49,455 nucleotides of DNA, taken from contig SOJU01000091.1 of the NCBI GenBank assembly GCA_004376465.1, forward strand, positions 1 to 49,455, written 5' to 3'. Below the pieces are notes generated by a model. That model saw only the letters and a list, made by a program, of their open reading frames with translations. It had not been told where the DNA came from and did no database searches. The position numbers and the translations under genes were made by a program. This stretch comes from Anaerolineales bacterium. GTDB taxonomy: Bacteria; Chloroflexota; Anaerolineae; Anaerolineales; E44-bin32. This document shows positions 27,512 to 37,256 of the stretch, one piece after another; the first letter of the stretch is position 1, and every line of letters starts with the position of its first letter.

Positions 27512-27657
27512 ATGGGTTGACCTCTCTTAATGATTCTAATTCCCATTCTTCCTGCCAAACGAAGAAGAGCGAGCAGAAACATGTAAGAACTCCCCTGAAC
27601 TGGATGTTTATATGAAGACTTTTTTGGGTTGATACGCTGCGTTTCGATCCCGACCCA

Positions 27658-28326
27658 TCAAGAAGAGCCCGCTAGAGGAATGACATAAAAGAGAATAGCA
27701 AAAAAGTGAAACGCGCTTCCCGCCAGCACGAAAATATGCCAGATTGCGTGGTGATACGGCAGTCGACGCCAAACATAGAAAACAATCCCTACCGTGTAGG
27801 AAAGTCCTCCCATGAGCAGAAGGAGAAGCCCCCCCGGGGCCATAGCAGCGAGCAAGGGTTTTGTCGCGAAGACCACTACCCACCCCATTCCTACGTAAAG
27901 TGCTAAAGATATTAATGGCCACTTGCGCAGTTTTGTTACTTGAAAAATGATTCCAATGACTGCGAGGCCCCAGACTACCCCAAAGAGAGTCCAGCCCCAA
28001 GCGCCGCGCAAACTCACAAGAGTGAATGGCGTATAGGTCCCTGCGATCAGAAGAAAAATGACCGAATGATCAATTGTCTGGAGTATGCTCTTTGCGCGTG
28101 GAAGCTGGATGCTGTGATAAAGGGTGGAGGCGGCATACAACAGGATCAATGTTGCGCCGTAAATACTGCTGCTTACAACGTGCCAGGCATCTCCCAACAC
28201 ACTGGCAAATGCCGTAAGTACGGCTAAGCCGCCGATTGAAAGAACCATTCCAACGCCGTGCGTCACACTGTTGGCGATTTCCTCACCGATGCTGTAGCGG
28301 GGTTTACTATAGGATGTCATATTCAC
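27658..28326 (-). CDS. Hemolysin III family channel protein
   Basis: 222 aa with seven helices. Motifs are HGVG, DHSVIFLLIAGTYTPF and HHAIWHIFVLAGSAFHF. Confidence 0.85.
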   Translation of the reverse strand: MNMTSYSKPRYSIGEEIANSVTHGVGMVLSIGGLAVLTAFASVLGDAWHVVSSSIYGATLILLYAASTLYHSIQLPRAKSILQTIDHSVIFLLIAGTYTPFTLVSLRGAWGWTLFGVVWGLAVIGIIFQVTKLRKWPLISLALYVGMGWVVVFATKPLLAAMAPGGLLLLLMGGLSYTVGIVFYVWRRLPYHHAIWHIFVLAGSAFHFFAILFYVIPLAGSS

Positions 28327-28440
28327 TATTCTAACGTATTCTCGGCTCGTGAGCTGGAACGCTTGGTATCAGATTACGCCAATTCGCACTTATCCCTAAT
28401 AATCGAGGCCTGAACGGGCACGAACAATTCGTCTAAGCCT

Positions 28441-29799
28441 TCAGTCGCTTGAAGGAAGGGGCAGTGTATACGAGTCTAATACCTCCCCACCCAAACCGTA
28501 CGCTGTCATGCCGATGCGGTCGGGGAAAATTTCCAGGATCACAAAGTGCGACTTGGCCGTGAAGAATTCGCTTTCTTCTCTCGTGTCCTGCTTGCCATAG
28601 AGTTTATAAGAACCTCCACCCGAAACGATGTATGTTACGCCATTCAATTCCAGCCGTTCATAGTTGTGGTCATGACCGGATAGCACCAGGGCAACATTGG
28701 CTTTCTCGAATAGTGGAACCCAGGCTTGCCGGATGGGTATCCCGTCATCAGGATGATAACCACTCGTGAAAGGAGGAATATGGAAGACCACGATATTCGT
28801 TGTCGATGTGCTTTCTCTCAACTTTTCCTGGAGCCAAGCATTTTGCTCCTCCCTCAATTCTAAAGAATAAAACTGCTGGCTATTGAGAAAAATAAATTGG
28901 TAATTTCCGTGCGTGAATGCATACCATTCACGTTGTCCAGACACGCCACTGAAATCATCCCCCCCGTAACTATTCTCCAGCGGAGGAAATGCTGCGTAGT
29001 AGAAAGGCTGAGCCCGCCAATAGGCATCTTCATACCCTTCGTGGTTGCCAAAGACCGGGTAAATAGGCGCTGCGTGGAGCAGGTCAGCCAGCGGTTGATA
29101 GAACTTCCTGATAAAAGCTTGCGGAGGGGAAGAATCCTCATAAACATTGTATACAAGATCACCAGTGTGAATGACCCATTCAGGGTGATGGGATGCCAAT
29201 TCTTCAGCAAGCTGATAGGTTACCTCTTCTCCGAAGCCCGAATCTCCGATCACACCTATGCGGATAGGCCAATCGTTTTCCTGCGGCATTCGGATCGTAA
29301 TAGGTTCCCAGATGCCCTCTGCAAAGGAAGGTGGATGGTGGACCTCTTCATCATCAGAAACACCTACCCACGCCTCATACAAAGCTCCAGGCTCCAAATT
29401 ACTCACCTTGATAAGGTGTGTGTCCGTTGCTGCGTTAAACGTGATCCACTGAGCCTGGTCTGATGGGCTGCCATACCGCAAGTAAAATAGTGCGCCTTCC
29501 GCTGGCAACTCCAGCATGAAGTAAAGATCTGCTTCTGTATCTGAGATATGCTGGATTGTAAGCGGGATAACGTAAGCACCGAGGGCCTTTGAAGAATCAT
29601 AACTTGGAGGCGGGATCGGTTCCTCAAGCGTAGGTGCAATCGTTGGTGTGAGTGGAGGGGGTAATTTTGCCGGCGTTGACGTCCCGGGCAGCTCTGTTGT
29701 AGACGGCAGTTTGGGATACTCATCCTGCACCGAACCCCCGGATCGAGCACAGCCTGTCAGCGTTCCCAACAATATAACACCAGCGATAACGCAGATCAT
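28441..29799 (-). CDS. Purple-acid-phosphatase-like metallophosphoesterase lipoprotein
   Basis: The lipobox start is MICVIAGVILLGTLTGC (ATG 29799). Phosphoesterase motifs are GDSGFG, GDLVYN, GNHE, VFHIPP and GHDHNYE. Confidence 0.8.
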   Translation of the reverse strand: MICVIAGVILLGTLTGCARSGGSVQDEYPKLPSTTELPGTSTPAKLPPPLTPTIAPTLEEPIPPPSYDSSKALGAYVIPLTIQHISDTEADLYFMLELPAEGALFYLRYGSPSDQAQWITFNAATDTHLIKVSNLEPGALYEAWVGVSDDEEVHHPPSFAEGIWEPITIRMPQENDWPIRIGVIGDSGFGEEVTYQLAEELASHHPEWVIHTGDLVYNVYEDSSPPQAFIRKFYQPLADLLHAAPIYPVFGNHEGYEDAYWRAQPFYYAAFPPLENSYGGDDFSGVSGQREWYAFTHGNYQFIFLNSQQFYSLELREEQNAWLQEKLRESTSTTNIVVFHIPPFTSGYHPDDGIPIRQAWVPLFEKANVALVLSGHDHNYERLELNGVTYIVSGGGSYKLYGKQDTREESEFFTAKSHFVILEIFPDRIGMTAYGLGGEVLDSYTLPLPSSD

Positions 29800-29822
29800 T
29801 CGGAGCTGGTGGGGCGGCGGCG

Positions 29823-31340
29823 TTAAGCTCCTTTTTTTGCAGCTTGCCAAAGCTCCTCCAATTCATCGATTGTTAGTTCAGAAAGCTTACGTTTTTCTAC
29901 CCGTGCTTGTTTTTCGACATCCGTAAACCTTCGCCGGAAGCGGCGATTAGCCTCTCGCAAGGCGGCTTCCGGATCAACGCCTCTCCAACGAGCGTAATTT
30001 ACTACAGCAAACAGTAAATCTCCAACTTCCCAAGCTACGTGTTCGTCTTCAGAAGCTTCTTGAACCTCGGCGAGCTCCTCCTCGAGCTTCTCCAGCACGC
30101 CATCGATGTTAGGCCAATCGAAGCCCACTCTAGCGACTCTCGCCTGAATCTCTTCCGCTTGCGTGAGCCCAGGCAGGTCAATGGGTACACCATCCAGGAT
30201 ACCTTTGTCGGAGCCCTCATTCTCGCGCTCGACTTCCTTAAGCGCCTCCCAGTTGAGCAATACCTGGTCGACATCCTCAACATCCAGGTCAGCAAAAACA
30301 TGTGGATGGCGGCGGATGATCTTCGCTTGAATGCTGGCGATAACATCGGACGTTGTAAAGAAGCCCTCTTCGGTCGCGATCTGGGCATGGAGGACAATTT
30401 GAAGCAGCAGATCGCCCAACTCCTCCTGCAGCGCATCCATATCTTCAGTGTCCAACGCCTGGAGGGCTTCGTACGCCTCCTCCATAAGATGATTCCGCAG
30501 GCTTTGATGTGTTTGTTTAATATCCCACGGGCACCCGTCGGGAGCGCGTAGATGTGCAACCGTCTCCTGGAAATTCTCGAAGGCGGACTCCACCGGCATC
30601 TCCGGTAGGAAAAGTGTCGTCATATAGCTGATACTCTCGCTGTGATCAATTTCCGCCAGGGGGATATCTTCTCTCCATCCATCGTCGGTTCCTGCCTTAT
30701 GTAACAAGCTGGCAGGATGGTCAGGAGGATATTGATTCAACAAGGTCAATTTAACATCCGCAGCGACGAGTTTGGAATATAGCTGCCCGACCAGTGCCGG
30801 TGTATCGGGCGGAAATGGTGGATGATATCTTCCAGCAATCTCTAGAGCATCATAAATCGAAAGACCATCCAATGCATCGAGACCGAGAAGCCCCAGACAC
30901 GGTTCAATAAAGCTTATGCCATGGAGCACACGAACAGAGATATTCTCCTCCGCGGCCAAGCGCAGGAGAGCGCTTACCGTCGCCTCGCCGATCGTTGGAT
31001 CCCCGGGAACTGCATAAACGACGGGTGGATTTCCGCGCACCTCTTCGAGAATTGTATTAACAATGGCTGTATAAACCCCATCGAAGTCATCGATCTCTTC
31101 GTAGAGGTGGTCGAAAGTGATGAGCTCACCTTGCGGAGAGAGCGCATCAAACACAGGATGATGACCCGTTCTGAAATAGATGACCTTCGAGCCTGTGAGC
31201 AATTCCCACACGCTGCGTGAGACAAACTCCGGTGAGCCCGGCCCCAATCCCACAATCGTCAAATCTGCTCCCAAAACAGCCTCCTGAAACAACACTAAAG
31301 GCCGGGGTAAGTTAACCTCCCCGGCCTGGTTTTTCCACAA
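29823..31340 (-). CDS. Tetrapyrrole-methylase-like domain fused to tandem MazG NTP pyrophosphohydrolase domains (YabN-like)
   Basis: The N-terminal domain has IVGLGPG. The MazG repeats carry EEAYEALQA / ELGDLLLQI and EELAEVQEA / EVGDLLFAV. The start may be TTG 31274, after AGGAGG. Confidence 0.8.
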   Translation of the reverse strand: MWKNQAGEVNLPRPLVLFQEAVLGADLTIVGLGPGSPEFVSRSVWELLTGSKVIYFRTGHHPVFDALSPQGELITFDHLYEEIDDFDGVYTAIVNTILEEVRGNPPVVYAVPGDPTIGEATVSALLRLAAEENISVRVLHGISFIEPCLGLLGLDALDGLSIYDALEIAGRYHPPFPPDTPALVGQLYSKLVAADVKLTLLNQYPPDHPASLLHKAGTDDGWREDIPLAEIDHSESISYMTTLFLPEMPVESAFENFQETVAHLRAPDGCPWDIKQTHQSLRNHLMEEAYEALQALDTEDMDALQEELGDLLLQIVLHAQIATEEGFFTTSDVIASIQAKIIRRHPHVFADLDVEDVDQVLLNWEALKEVERENEGSDKGILDGVPIDLPGLTQAEEIQARVARVGFDWPNIDGVLEKLEEELAEVQEASEDEHVAWEVGDLLFAVVNYARWRGVDPEAALREANRRFRRRFTDVEKQARVEKRKLSELTIDELEELWQAAKKGA

Positions 31341-31370
31341 GCAATAAAGGACGCATAGTGCCTGGATCGA

Positions 31371-31763
31371 TCAGCGTTTCGTATACGTCGGTGCCTTGCG
31401 CGCACGCTTCAAACCCGGCTTCTTGCGCTCCTTCATGCGCGAGTCGCGAGTGAGGAACCCTCCGGATCGCATCATCGGTCGCAGCTCAGGTTCCATTTTA
31501 ATCAGGGCTCTTGCTACGCCGTGCATAACTGCACCCGTCTGCCCCGTGACACCGCCGCCTTTGACGTGTACGGATACATCTAGCTTGCTTTCCATCTCCG
31601 CCACTTTCATGGGATCGAGGATGATATCCATGTCACCCATGCGAGTGAAGTACTCCGCGCCAGGTTTGCCATTGACAATAATATTCCCACTGCCAGGCGT
31701 AATACGAACGCGGGCCGAGCTGGTTTTTCGTCGTCCTATGCCTTCATAATATTTCTCAGACAT
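31371..31763 (-). CDS. rpsI: 30S ribosomal protein S9
   Basis: 130 aa ending ...KKPGLKRARKAPTYTKR. Confidence 0.95.
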   Translation of the reverse strand: MSEKYYEGIGRRKTSSARVRITPGSGNIIVNGKPGAEYFTRMGDMDIILDPMKVAEMESKLDVSVHVKGGGVTGQTGAVMHGVARALIKMEPELRPMMRSGGFLTRDSRMKERKKPGLKRARKAPTYTKR

Positions 31764-31828
31764 TTATCCTGCCTTCCTCTAACCTTCTTATCGACGTAGT
31801 TCCGTGAGTCAGTTCCCTTAGGCTCAAA

Positions 31829-32263
31829 TTAATCGAACTTCAGTTTTTTAGGTTTCTGTGCACTATGAGGATGATCTGCCCCTCGATAGACTTTTAGCTT
31901 TTTCATGAGCTTCCGACCCAAGCGATTGTGCGGAACCATGCCCCACACCGCTGAAGTGATTACACGATCCGGGAACTTCTCCAATTGATTACGGAGTGAA
32001 ATCGCCTTTAGGCCACCCGGGTAACCCGAATGGCGATAATACATTTTCTGATCCAATTTCTTTCCCGTAACGGTCACTTGTTCAGAATTTATGACAATGA
32101 CAAAGTCTCCCAAATCAACGCCGGGCGTGTATTCAGGTTTGCTTTTCCCTATCAGGACCTGAGCGATACGTGATGCCAGACGTCCAAGGTTCTCCCCTGC
32201 CGCGTCAACAACATACCAGTCTCGAGTTATATCTTCGGGTTTTGGATAATACGTTTTCTGCAC
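31829..32263 (-). CDS. rplM: 50S ribosomal protein L13
   Basis: 144 aa starting MQKTYYPKPEDITRDWYVVDA. Confidence 0.95.
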   Translation of the reverse strand: MQKTYYPKPEDITRDWYVVDAAGENLGRLASRIAQVLIGKSKPEYTPGVDLGDFVIVINSEQVTVTGKKLDQKMYYRHSGYPGGLKAISLRNQLEKFPDRVITSAVWGMVPHNRLGRKLMKKLKVYRGADHPHSAQKPKKLKFD

Positions 32264-32346
32264 GCTTCCTACTCCTGCATTCCTTCGTAATCGATCTCTA
32301 CCGCTTCAATGGCTTCCGCTTACACCGCCCCAAATTCTATGCGGGC

Positions 32347-33126
32347 TTATTCGTATTTTACGCTGAGAAGGCACAATCCTTGTGAAGGCGCTAATCCACC
32401 ATCCCATTTTTGATTGGGGTTCTGCACTGCGGCAAGAAAATCGTCCATTTCCATCTTGCCATTCCCAATGGTCAAGAGTGCAGATACCAGCCTTCGCACC
32501 ATGTGGTAGAGAAAGGCATTAGCCTCAATCTCGAACCACAGTTCATCATCCTTCAGATCCCAAACCGCTTCGAAGATCTCCCGCACCGTACTCCCCTCTG
32601 GTCGCGGTGCGCTGCCAAAAGCGCCGAAATCTTTCTTGCCGACGATCATACCCGCGGCACGGTTCAACAATTGGATATCCGCTTCGGCTCCGATGCGCCA
32701 GGCGTAACGCTCTCGCAACGGATCCCGCGTTTTATCAATGAAGAGGCTATAGCGATAACGTCTGCTGACGGCTGAATATCGCGGGTGAAAGTCTTTCTGT
32801 GCAAGCGAAGTCTTTCGGACAGCGACATCGTATGGCAGGTTTGCGTTTATCGCCATACTGAGATCATCGGGCGTGTGCTTCCACGCGAGTTTGTAGGCGA
32901 TAACCTGACCCCGTGCGTGGACGCCGCTATCGGTTCGCCCGGCTGCTCTCAGGGAGCTTTCTTGCCATCCGATGTTCTGAAGTGCCTGCTCCAGTTCTCC
33001 TTGGACGGTTCTCCGCCCAGAAACCTGTCGCTGGAAACCTTCAAATTTTGTGCCGTCGTAAGCTACGATCGATTGGTAAGCTGCTAAAGACGGAGTTTCT
33101 TCCTGCCCCGTCACGGCCGGTTTCAT
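32347..33126 (-). CDS. truA: tRNA pseudouridine(38-40) synthase
   Basis: 259 aa with YDGTKFEGFQRQ, the catalytic GRTDSGVHA and FLYHMVR. Confidence 0.9.
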   Translation of the reverse strand: MKPAVTGQEETPSLAAYQSIVAYDGTKFEGFQRQVSGRRTVQGELEQALQNIGWQESSLRAAGRTDSGVHARGQVIAYKLAWKHTPDDLSMAINANLPYDVAVRKTSLAQKDFHPRYSAVSRRYRYSLFIDKTRDPLRERYAWRIGAEADIQLLNRAAGMIVGKKDFGAFGSAPRPEGSTVREIFEAVWDLKDDELWFEIEANAFLYHMVRRLVSALLTIGNGKMEMDDFLAAVQNPNQKWDGGLAPSQGLCLLSVKYE

Positions 33127-33132
33127 CCCAGC

Positions 33133-33510
33133 CTATTCTTCTACGAGTTCTAAGATGACCATCTCCGCGGCGTCGCCGAGGCGTTGCCCGAGTTTAATTA
33201 CCCGGGTGTATCCACCTGGTCGATCCACATAGCGCGGGGCGATATCATCAAAAAGCTTCATCACGATTTCGTTGTCATTCAACCGTGCGGCTGCCAGGCG
33301 ACGTGCGTGAACTGCTTTCGCTTCTCCCGCTTCGTTACCCTTCTTCGCCAGCGTGATCAGCTTTTCCGCGCCGCCTCGCACTGCTGCCGCTTTCGCTTTG
33401 GTTGTTTTGATTCGCTCGTGACGAAAGAGATCTTTCATCAGATTCTTTCGCAACGCGATACGATGGCCCTTGGACCGGCTTAATCTTTTACCTGCAACTT
33501 GGTGTCTCAT
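33133..33510 (-). CDS. rplQ: 50S ribosomal protein L17
   Basis: Starts MRHQVAGKRLSRSKGHR at ATG 33510. The longer tracked ORF runs into rpoA. Confidence 0.93.
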   Translation of the reverse strand: MRHQVAGKRLSRSKGHRIALRKNLMKDLFRHERIKTTKAKAAAVRGGAEKLITLAKKGNEAGEAKAVHARRLAAARLNDNEIVMKLFDDIAPRYVDRPGGYTRVIKLGQRLGDAAEMVILELVEE

Positions 33511-33517
33511 CAATCCC

Positions 33518-34489
33518 TCACTCCGCCTCTTCCGCCTGCTCCGACTCTTCGTCAAGATAGCCCTTCTCAGACAAGCGCTCCTTGAGTTCGTCGAGGCTCT
33601 TCTCGCCGAAGTTGCGGATGGATAACATCGCTTCCTCACCCTTTTCGAGCATGTCGAGCACTTCACCGACGTTCGTAATTCCCGTTCGCTTGAGAGAGTT
33701 GAAAACCCGCACCGTGAGGTCAAGGTTTTCAATGGGAATTTCATAAACCTCACTGATAAGGCGAGTATCTTCCTCTTCAACCGCTGCGACCATCAGGCTC
33801 TCTTCTGTGACGCCGCCGATATCGCGTAGATGCGCCATGAGAATTTGCGCGCTGCGGCTTAATGCTTCCTCAGGCTTGATCGTGCCATCGGTCCAGATCT
33901 CGATTACCAGCGAGTCATAGCTAGTATCCTGACCCACTCGGGCGCGCCCGATTTCGTAGTGCACCCGTCGTACTGGGTTGAAAATCGCATCCGTCGGGAG
34001 CTCTCCAATAGGTAGGCGGCCGCGCTCATCAGAAGGGGAATACCCCCGCCCCCGCTCAACGTTCATCTCGATTTCAAGATGTGCCTTATCGTCATCCACA
34101 GTGAACAGATAGAGCTCCGGATTGACGATCTCCACTTCAGCGGGAGCGATGATGTCAGCCGCCGTTACAACGCCCTCACCTTTCACATCAAGGCGCAAGC
34201 GGGCGGATTCGCCCTCGTGCAAGAAGAGACGCAGTTTCTTGAAATTCAACATCAACTGCAGCACATCTTCACGGACGCCAGGAATGTCTGTGAATTCATG
34301 CGGAATATCCGTTATGCGTATGGAGCTTACCGCAGCGCCCTCCAGGGAACTTAACAGAATCCGTCGAAGAGCGTTGCCGACCGTAATACCATATCCAGCC
34401 TCAAGAGGGCTGATCACGAATTTTGCATAATTTTGAGCGATGGCTTCTCGTTCAATCTTCGGCATAACTAGGTTGGTGGTTATAACCAC
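33518..34489 (-). CDS. rpoA: DNA-directed RNA polymerase subunit alpha
   Basis: 323 aa with GYGITVGNALRRILLSS and the C-terminal domain LDLTVRVFNSLKRTGI. Confidence 0.95.
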   Translation of the reverse strand: MVITTNLVMPKIEREAIAQNYAKFVISPLEAGYGITVGNALRRILLSSLEGAAVSSIRITDIPHEFTDIPGVREDVLQLMLNFKKLRLFLHEGESARLRLDVKGEGVVTAADIIAPAEVEIVNPELYLFTVDDDKAHLEIEMNVERGRGYSPSDERGRLPIGELPTDAIFNPVRRVHYEIGRARVGQDTSYDSLVIEIWTDGTIKPEEALSRSAQILMAHLRDIGGVTEESLMVAAVEEEDTRLISEVYEIPIENLDLTVRVFNSLKRTGITNVGEVLDMLEKGEEAMLSIRNFGEKSLDELKERLSEKGYLDEESEQAEEAE

Positions 34490-34540
34490 AATATCCCTCC
34501 GCGACCCACGACCATAGGAACAGTTCCTTGCACGGATCGA

Positions 34541-35179
34541 TTATCTCGAATAGTACTCAACAATCAATTTATCATTCAAGCTGGCATCGATATCCGTTCG
34601 TTCCGGTGCAACAAGCATTTTCCCCGACAAGTCGCTCAAATCACGCTCCAGCCAAGCCGGGACGGTTTTTGGTTCAGCGATATCCGCCAAACCCTGAAAG
34701 AAAGTGCGTTTCCGTGAACCCTCTCGAACCTCGATTGCATCACCTGGCGAAACAAGCATAGAGGGGACATCCGTCCTCCTGCCATTGACGTTGAAATGCC
34801 CATGCGTCACAAGCATACGAGCATGTGCACGACTTTCGGAATAGCCTAGGCGATATACAACATTATCTAGCCTGCACTCAAGCATCTTTAGAAGGTTCTC
34901 GCCCGTGAGACCCCGCTGTTGGGAAGCAATTCGATAATATCGACGAAATTGCCGTTCCGTAACTCCATAGATGCGGCGTGTCTTCTGCTTCTCGCGCAAC
35001 TGCCGACTGTAATCTGATACTCGCCGACGGCGCCATTGAGCATCACGTCCGTGCTCCCCTGGGGGGTAGCCGCGTCGCTCGAATGAACATTTCGGTGTAA
35101 AACAGCGTTGTCCTTTGAGAAAGAGTTTTTCTCCCTCGCGGCGACAAAGCTTACAAACAGGTCCGATATACCTTGCCAT
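34541..35179 (-). CDS. rpsD: 30S ribosomal protein S4 (zinc-ribbon type)
   Basis: Starts [26 protein letters not shown]. Confidence 0.95.
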   Translation of the reverse strand: MARYIGPVCKLCRREGEKLFLKGQRCFTPKCSFERRGYPPGEHGRDAQWRRRRVSDYSRQLREKQKTRRIYGVTERQFRRYYRIASQQRGLTGENLLKMLECRLDNVVYRLGYSESRAHARMLVTHGHFNVNGRRTDVPSMLVSPGDAIEVREGSRKRTFFQGLADIAEPKTVPAWLERDLSDLSGKMLVAPERTDIDASLNDKLIVEYYSR

Positions 35180-35212
35180 AACGTTATGATTCCTTCCTTA
35201 TCTGGTTAAACC

Positions 35213-35614
35213 TTAAACACGGCGCTTCTTGGGCGGCCGGCAGCCATTATGCGGAATTGGCGTTGTATCACTGATCGAACGGATCTTGACACCCTCCGCC
35301 ATTAGCGCCCGTATAGCAGACTCACGGCCAGGACCAGGTCCCTTGACATGGACATCAAGTTCCTGCAATCCAAGGTCCTTTGCAGTTTTCATAACCGCTT
35401 TTGCGGCAAGCCCGGCTGCATAAGGGGTACTCTTGCGCGACCCTTTAAAACCCGCCGAACCCGCGCTCGCCCAAGCTACTGCATTCCCTTGTGTATCTGT
35501 TATTGTGATTATCGTGTTATTAAAGGTCACGTGGATATGCGCTATCCCATGGGACAGTGTTCGCTTCTCCTTGCGTGACTTGCTCTTTTTTGATCCCGCC
35601 GCTCTCTTTGCCAT
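35213..35614 (-). CDS. rpsK: 30S ribosomal protein S11
   Basis: 133 aa with [18 protein letters not shown]...[13 protein letters not shown]. Confidence 0.95.
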   Translation of the reverse strand: MAKRAAGSKKSKSRKEKRTLSHGIAHIHVTFNNTIITITDTQGNAVAWASAGSAGFKGSRKSTPYAAGLAAKAVMKTAKDLGLQELDVHVKGPGPGRESAIRALMAEGVKIRSISDTTPIPHNGCRPPKKRRV

Positions 35615-35747
35615 ACTTTTCCGCCTATCTAATTATTCTCAAACGATTATTCCCGGACACATGGAGGCAACACTCACAAATGGCGACCGCTATGGGTGAA
35701 AGGAAGCCTTCAACCGCCAGAGTGTGCTCTAAAAAAACGAGCCCGAT

Positions 35748-36137
35748 TTACTTCTTCGTCGCTCCGCGCCTGCGCCCTCGACCCGCAACTGTTTTCTTCG
35801 GGCCTTTGCGTGTTCGCGCGTTTGTTCGCGTCCGCTGACCATGAACGGGCAAATTCCGGCGATGGCGTAAGCCACGGTAGCAGCCAATTTCGATCAGCCG
35901 TTTGATATTCATCTGGACCTCTCGCCGGAGGTCGCCTTCGACGACAAGATTCTGCGAGATAAAATCGCGCAAACTTGTAACCTCGCCCTCGGTTAAATCA
36001 CGCACTCTTCGATCCGGGTCAACACCCGCTGAGAGTAGTGCATTGCGTGCCGTGGTTCGACCGATCCCATGGATGTAGGTCAATCCGATTGCGACGCGCT
36101 TATTCCGAGGAAGATCAACACCTTCGATTCGTGCCAT
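35748..36137 (-). CDS. rpsM: 30S ribosomal protein S13
   Basis: Starts [26 protein letters not shown]. Confidence 0.95.
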   Translation of the reverse strand: MARIEGVDLPRNKRVAIGLTYIHGIGRTTARNALLSAGVDPDRRVRDLTEGEVTSLRDFISQNLVVEGDLRREVQMNIKRLIEIGCYRGLRHRRNLPVHGQRTRTNARTRKGPKKTVAGRGRRRGATKK

Positions 36138-36141
36138 AGCT

Positions 36142-36255
36142 CTATCCCTGTCTTTGCTTGTGACGCGGATTTTCGCAAATCACATAGACTTTCCCACGCC
36201 GCTTTACGATTTTGCATTTTGCGCAACGTTTCCGAACAGAAGAAGATACTTTCAT
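36142..36255 (-). CDS. rpmJ: 50S ribosomal protein L36
   Basis: Not in the ORF track because it is under 60 aa. The reverse complement translates to [37 protein letters not shown]. The RBS AAGGAG overlaps the map stop. Confidence 0.9.
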   Translation of the reverse strand: MKVSSSVRKRCAKCKIVKRRGKVYVICENPRHKQRQG

Positions 36256-36261
36256 CTTCGC

Positions 36262-37116
36262 TTACTCCTTTACTGCAAAAGCCGGATCTACTCGGCCAGC
36301 AAAGTAATTATTATATCTAATCCACTCCCCCTCGTCTAGCTCTTCGTCCATTGCTGTTAGTATCCAAGGACCGTTTTCTGTCACAGCAACAGAGTGTTCA
36401 AAGTGGGCTGTTAGACGTCCATCTTTTGACGCTACTGTCCACTGATCTTGCAAGATGCGGGTTTCAAAACTCCCGCTCATTACCATAGGTTCCAGGGCAA
36501 TTGTCATTCCTGGCTTAAGCGGTACTCCACGACCTTTGCGACCATAGTTCGGAACCTGAGGTTCCTCATGCATAGATCTACCAACTCCGTGCCCTGTGTA
36601 CTCCCGAACGACATGAAAACCATTGCCTTCAACATGGGCTTGAATAGCTTCAGAAACGTCGCCCGTAGAATTCCCGGGGATCATTTTTTTGATCCCTTCG
36701 AATAACGCCTCCCGTGTGATCCGGAGAAGCTTTTGCGCTTCCTCTGCGATCTCCCCCACACCAACAGTCAGCGCAGAGTCGGCAACGAAGCCATCGTAGA
36801 TCGTCCCGCAATCTATGCTTACGATATCCCCATCCTCTAAACGACGGTCCCCAGGAATTCCATGCACCAATTCATCGTTTATCGAGATCGTCGTTTCGGC
36901 GGGATAAGGATACGCTCCCGGAACACCAACAAACGCTGGTACTGAACCGGATTTCTTGAGCACTTCTGCGGCGGCACGATTCACATCCACAGTCTTAACG
37001 CCAGGGCGTACAACTTCGAGCGCCGCGGCCAGAGCTCGGGCATTGATTTTCCCTGCCTCGCGCATCAATGCAAGCTCACGCGAGCTTTTCAAGACAATTC
37101 CCCGCTTCGAGGTCAT
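36262..37116 (-). CDS. map: Methionine aminopeptidase type I with a C-terminal extension of about 30 aa
   Basis: 284 aa with DIVSIDCG, GHGVG, EPMV and FEHSVAVT motifs. The extra tail is AMDEELDEGEWIRYNNYFAGRVDPAFAVKE. Confidence 0.92.
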   Translation of the reverse strand: MTSKRGIVLKSSRELALMREAGKINARALAAALEVVRPGVKTVDVNRAAAEVLKKSGSVPAFVGVPGAYPYPAETTISINDELVHGIPGDRRLEDGDIVSIDCGTIYDGFVADSALTVGVGEIAEEAQKLLRITREALFEGIKKMIPGNSTGDVSEAIQAHVEGNGFHVVREYTGHGVGRSMHEEPQVPNYGRKGRGVPLKPGMTIALEPMVMSGSFETRILQDQWTVASKDGRLTAHFEHSVAVTENGPWILTAMDEELDEGEWIRYNNYFAGRVDPAFAVKE

Positions 37117-37256
37117 CCGTTAGCCCCCACGGACAGGACGCTTCTTAATGAATTCGTCACATAGTCGATCATGATTCGTTCCGAGATCAACTCACCCTTG
37201 TCGATAACCATCTCCGCCGCCTGGCCCAGTTCTGTTTTGTTTGTAAGGTGCTCGAG
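37113..37256 (-). pseudogene. adk: Internal fragment of adenylate kinase (47 codons)
   Basis: The reverse complement translates to LEHLTNKTELGQAAEMVIDKGELISERIMIDYVTNSLRSVLSVGANG*. It matches the Adk region ...T.LG..AK..IDKGELV.DE...V...L. There is no P-loop, LID or C-terminus. It fills the gap between the secY stop and the map start exactly. Confidence 0.7.

Noticed and set aside
33511-33780. N-terminal 90-aa extension of the rplQ ORF. Similar extensions occur for rpsN (41505-41603), rplX (42411-42452), the M23 peptidase (10953-11063) and the ABC permease (24919-25044).
   Set aside because: The extensions overlap the preceding gene. Canonical N-termini with RBS-like sequences occur at the internal starts used in the feature list.
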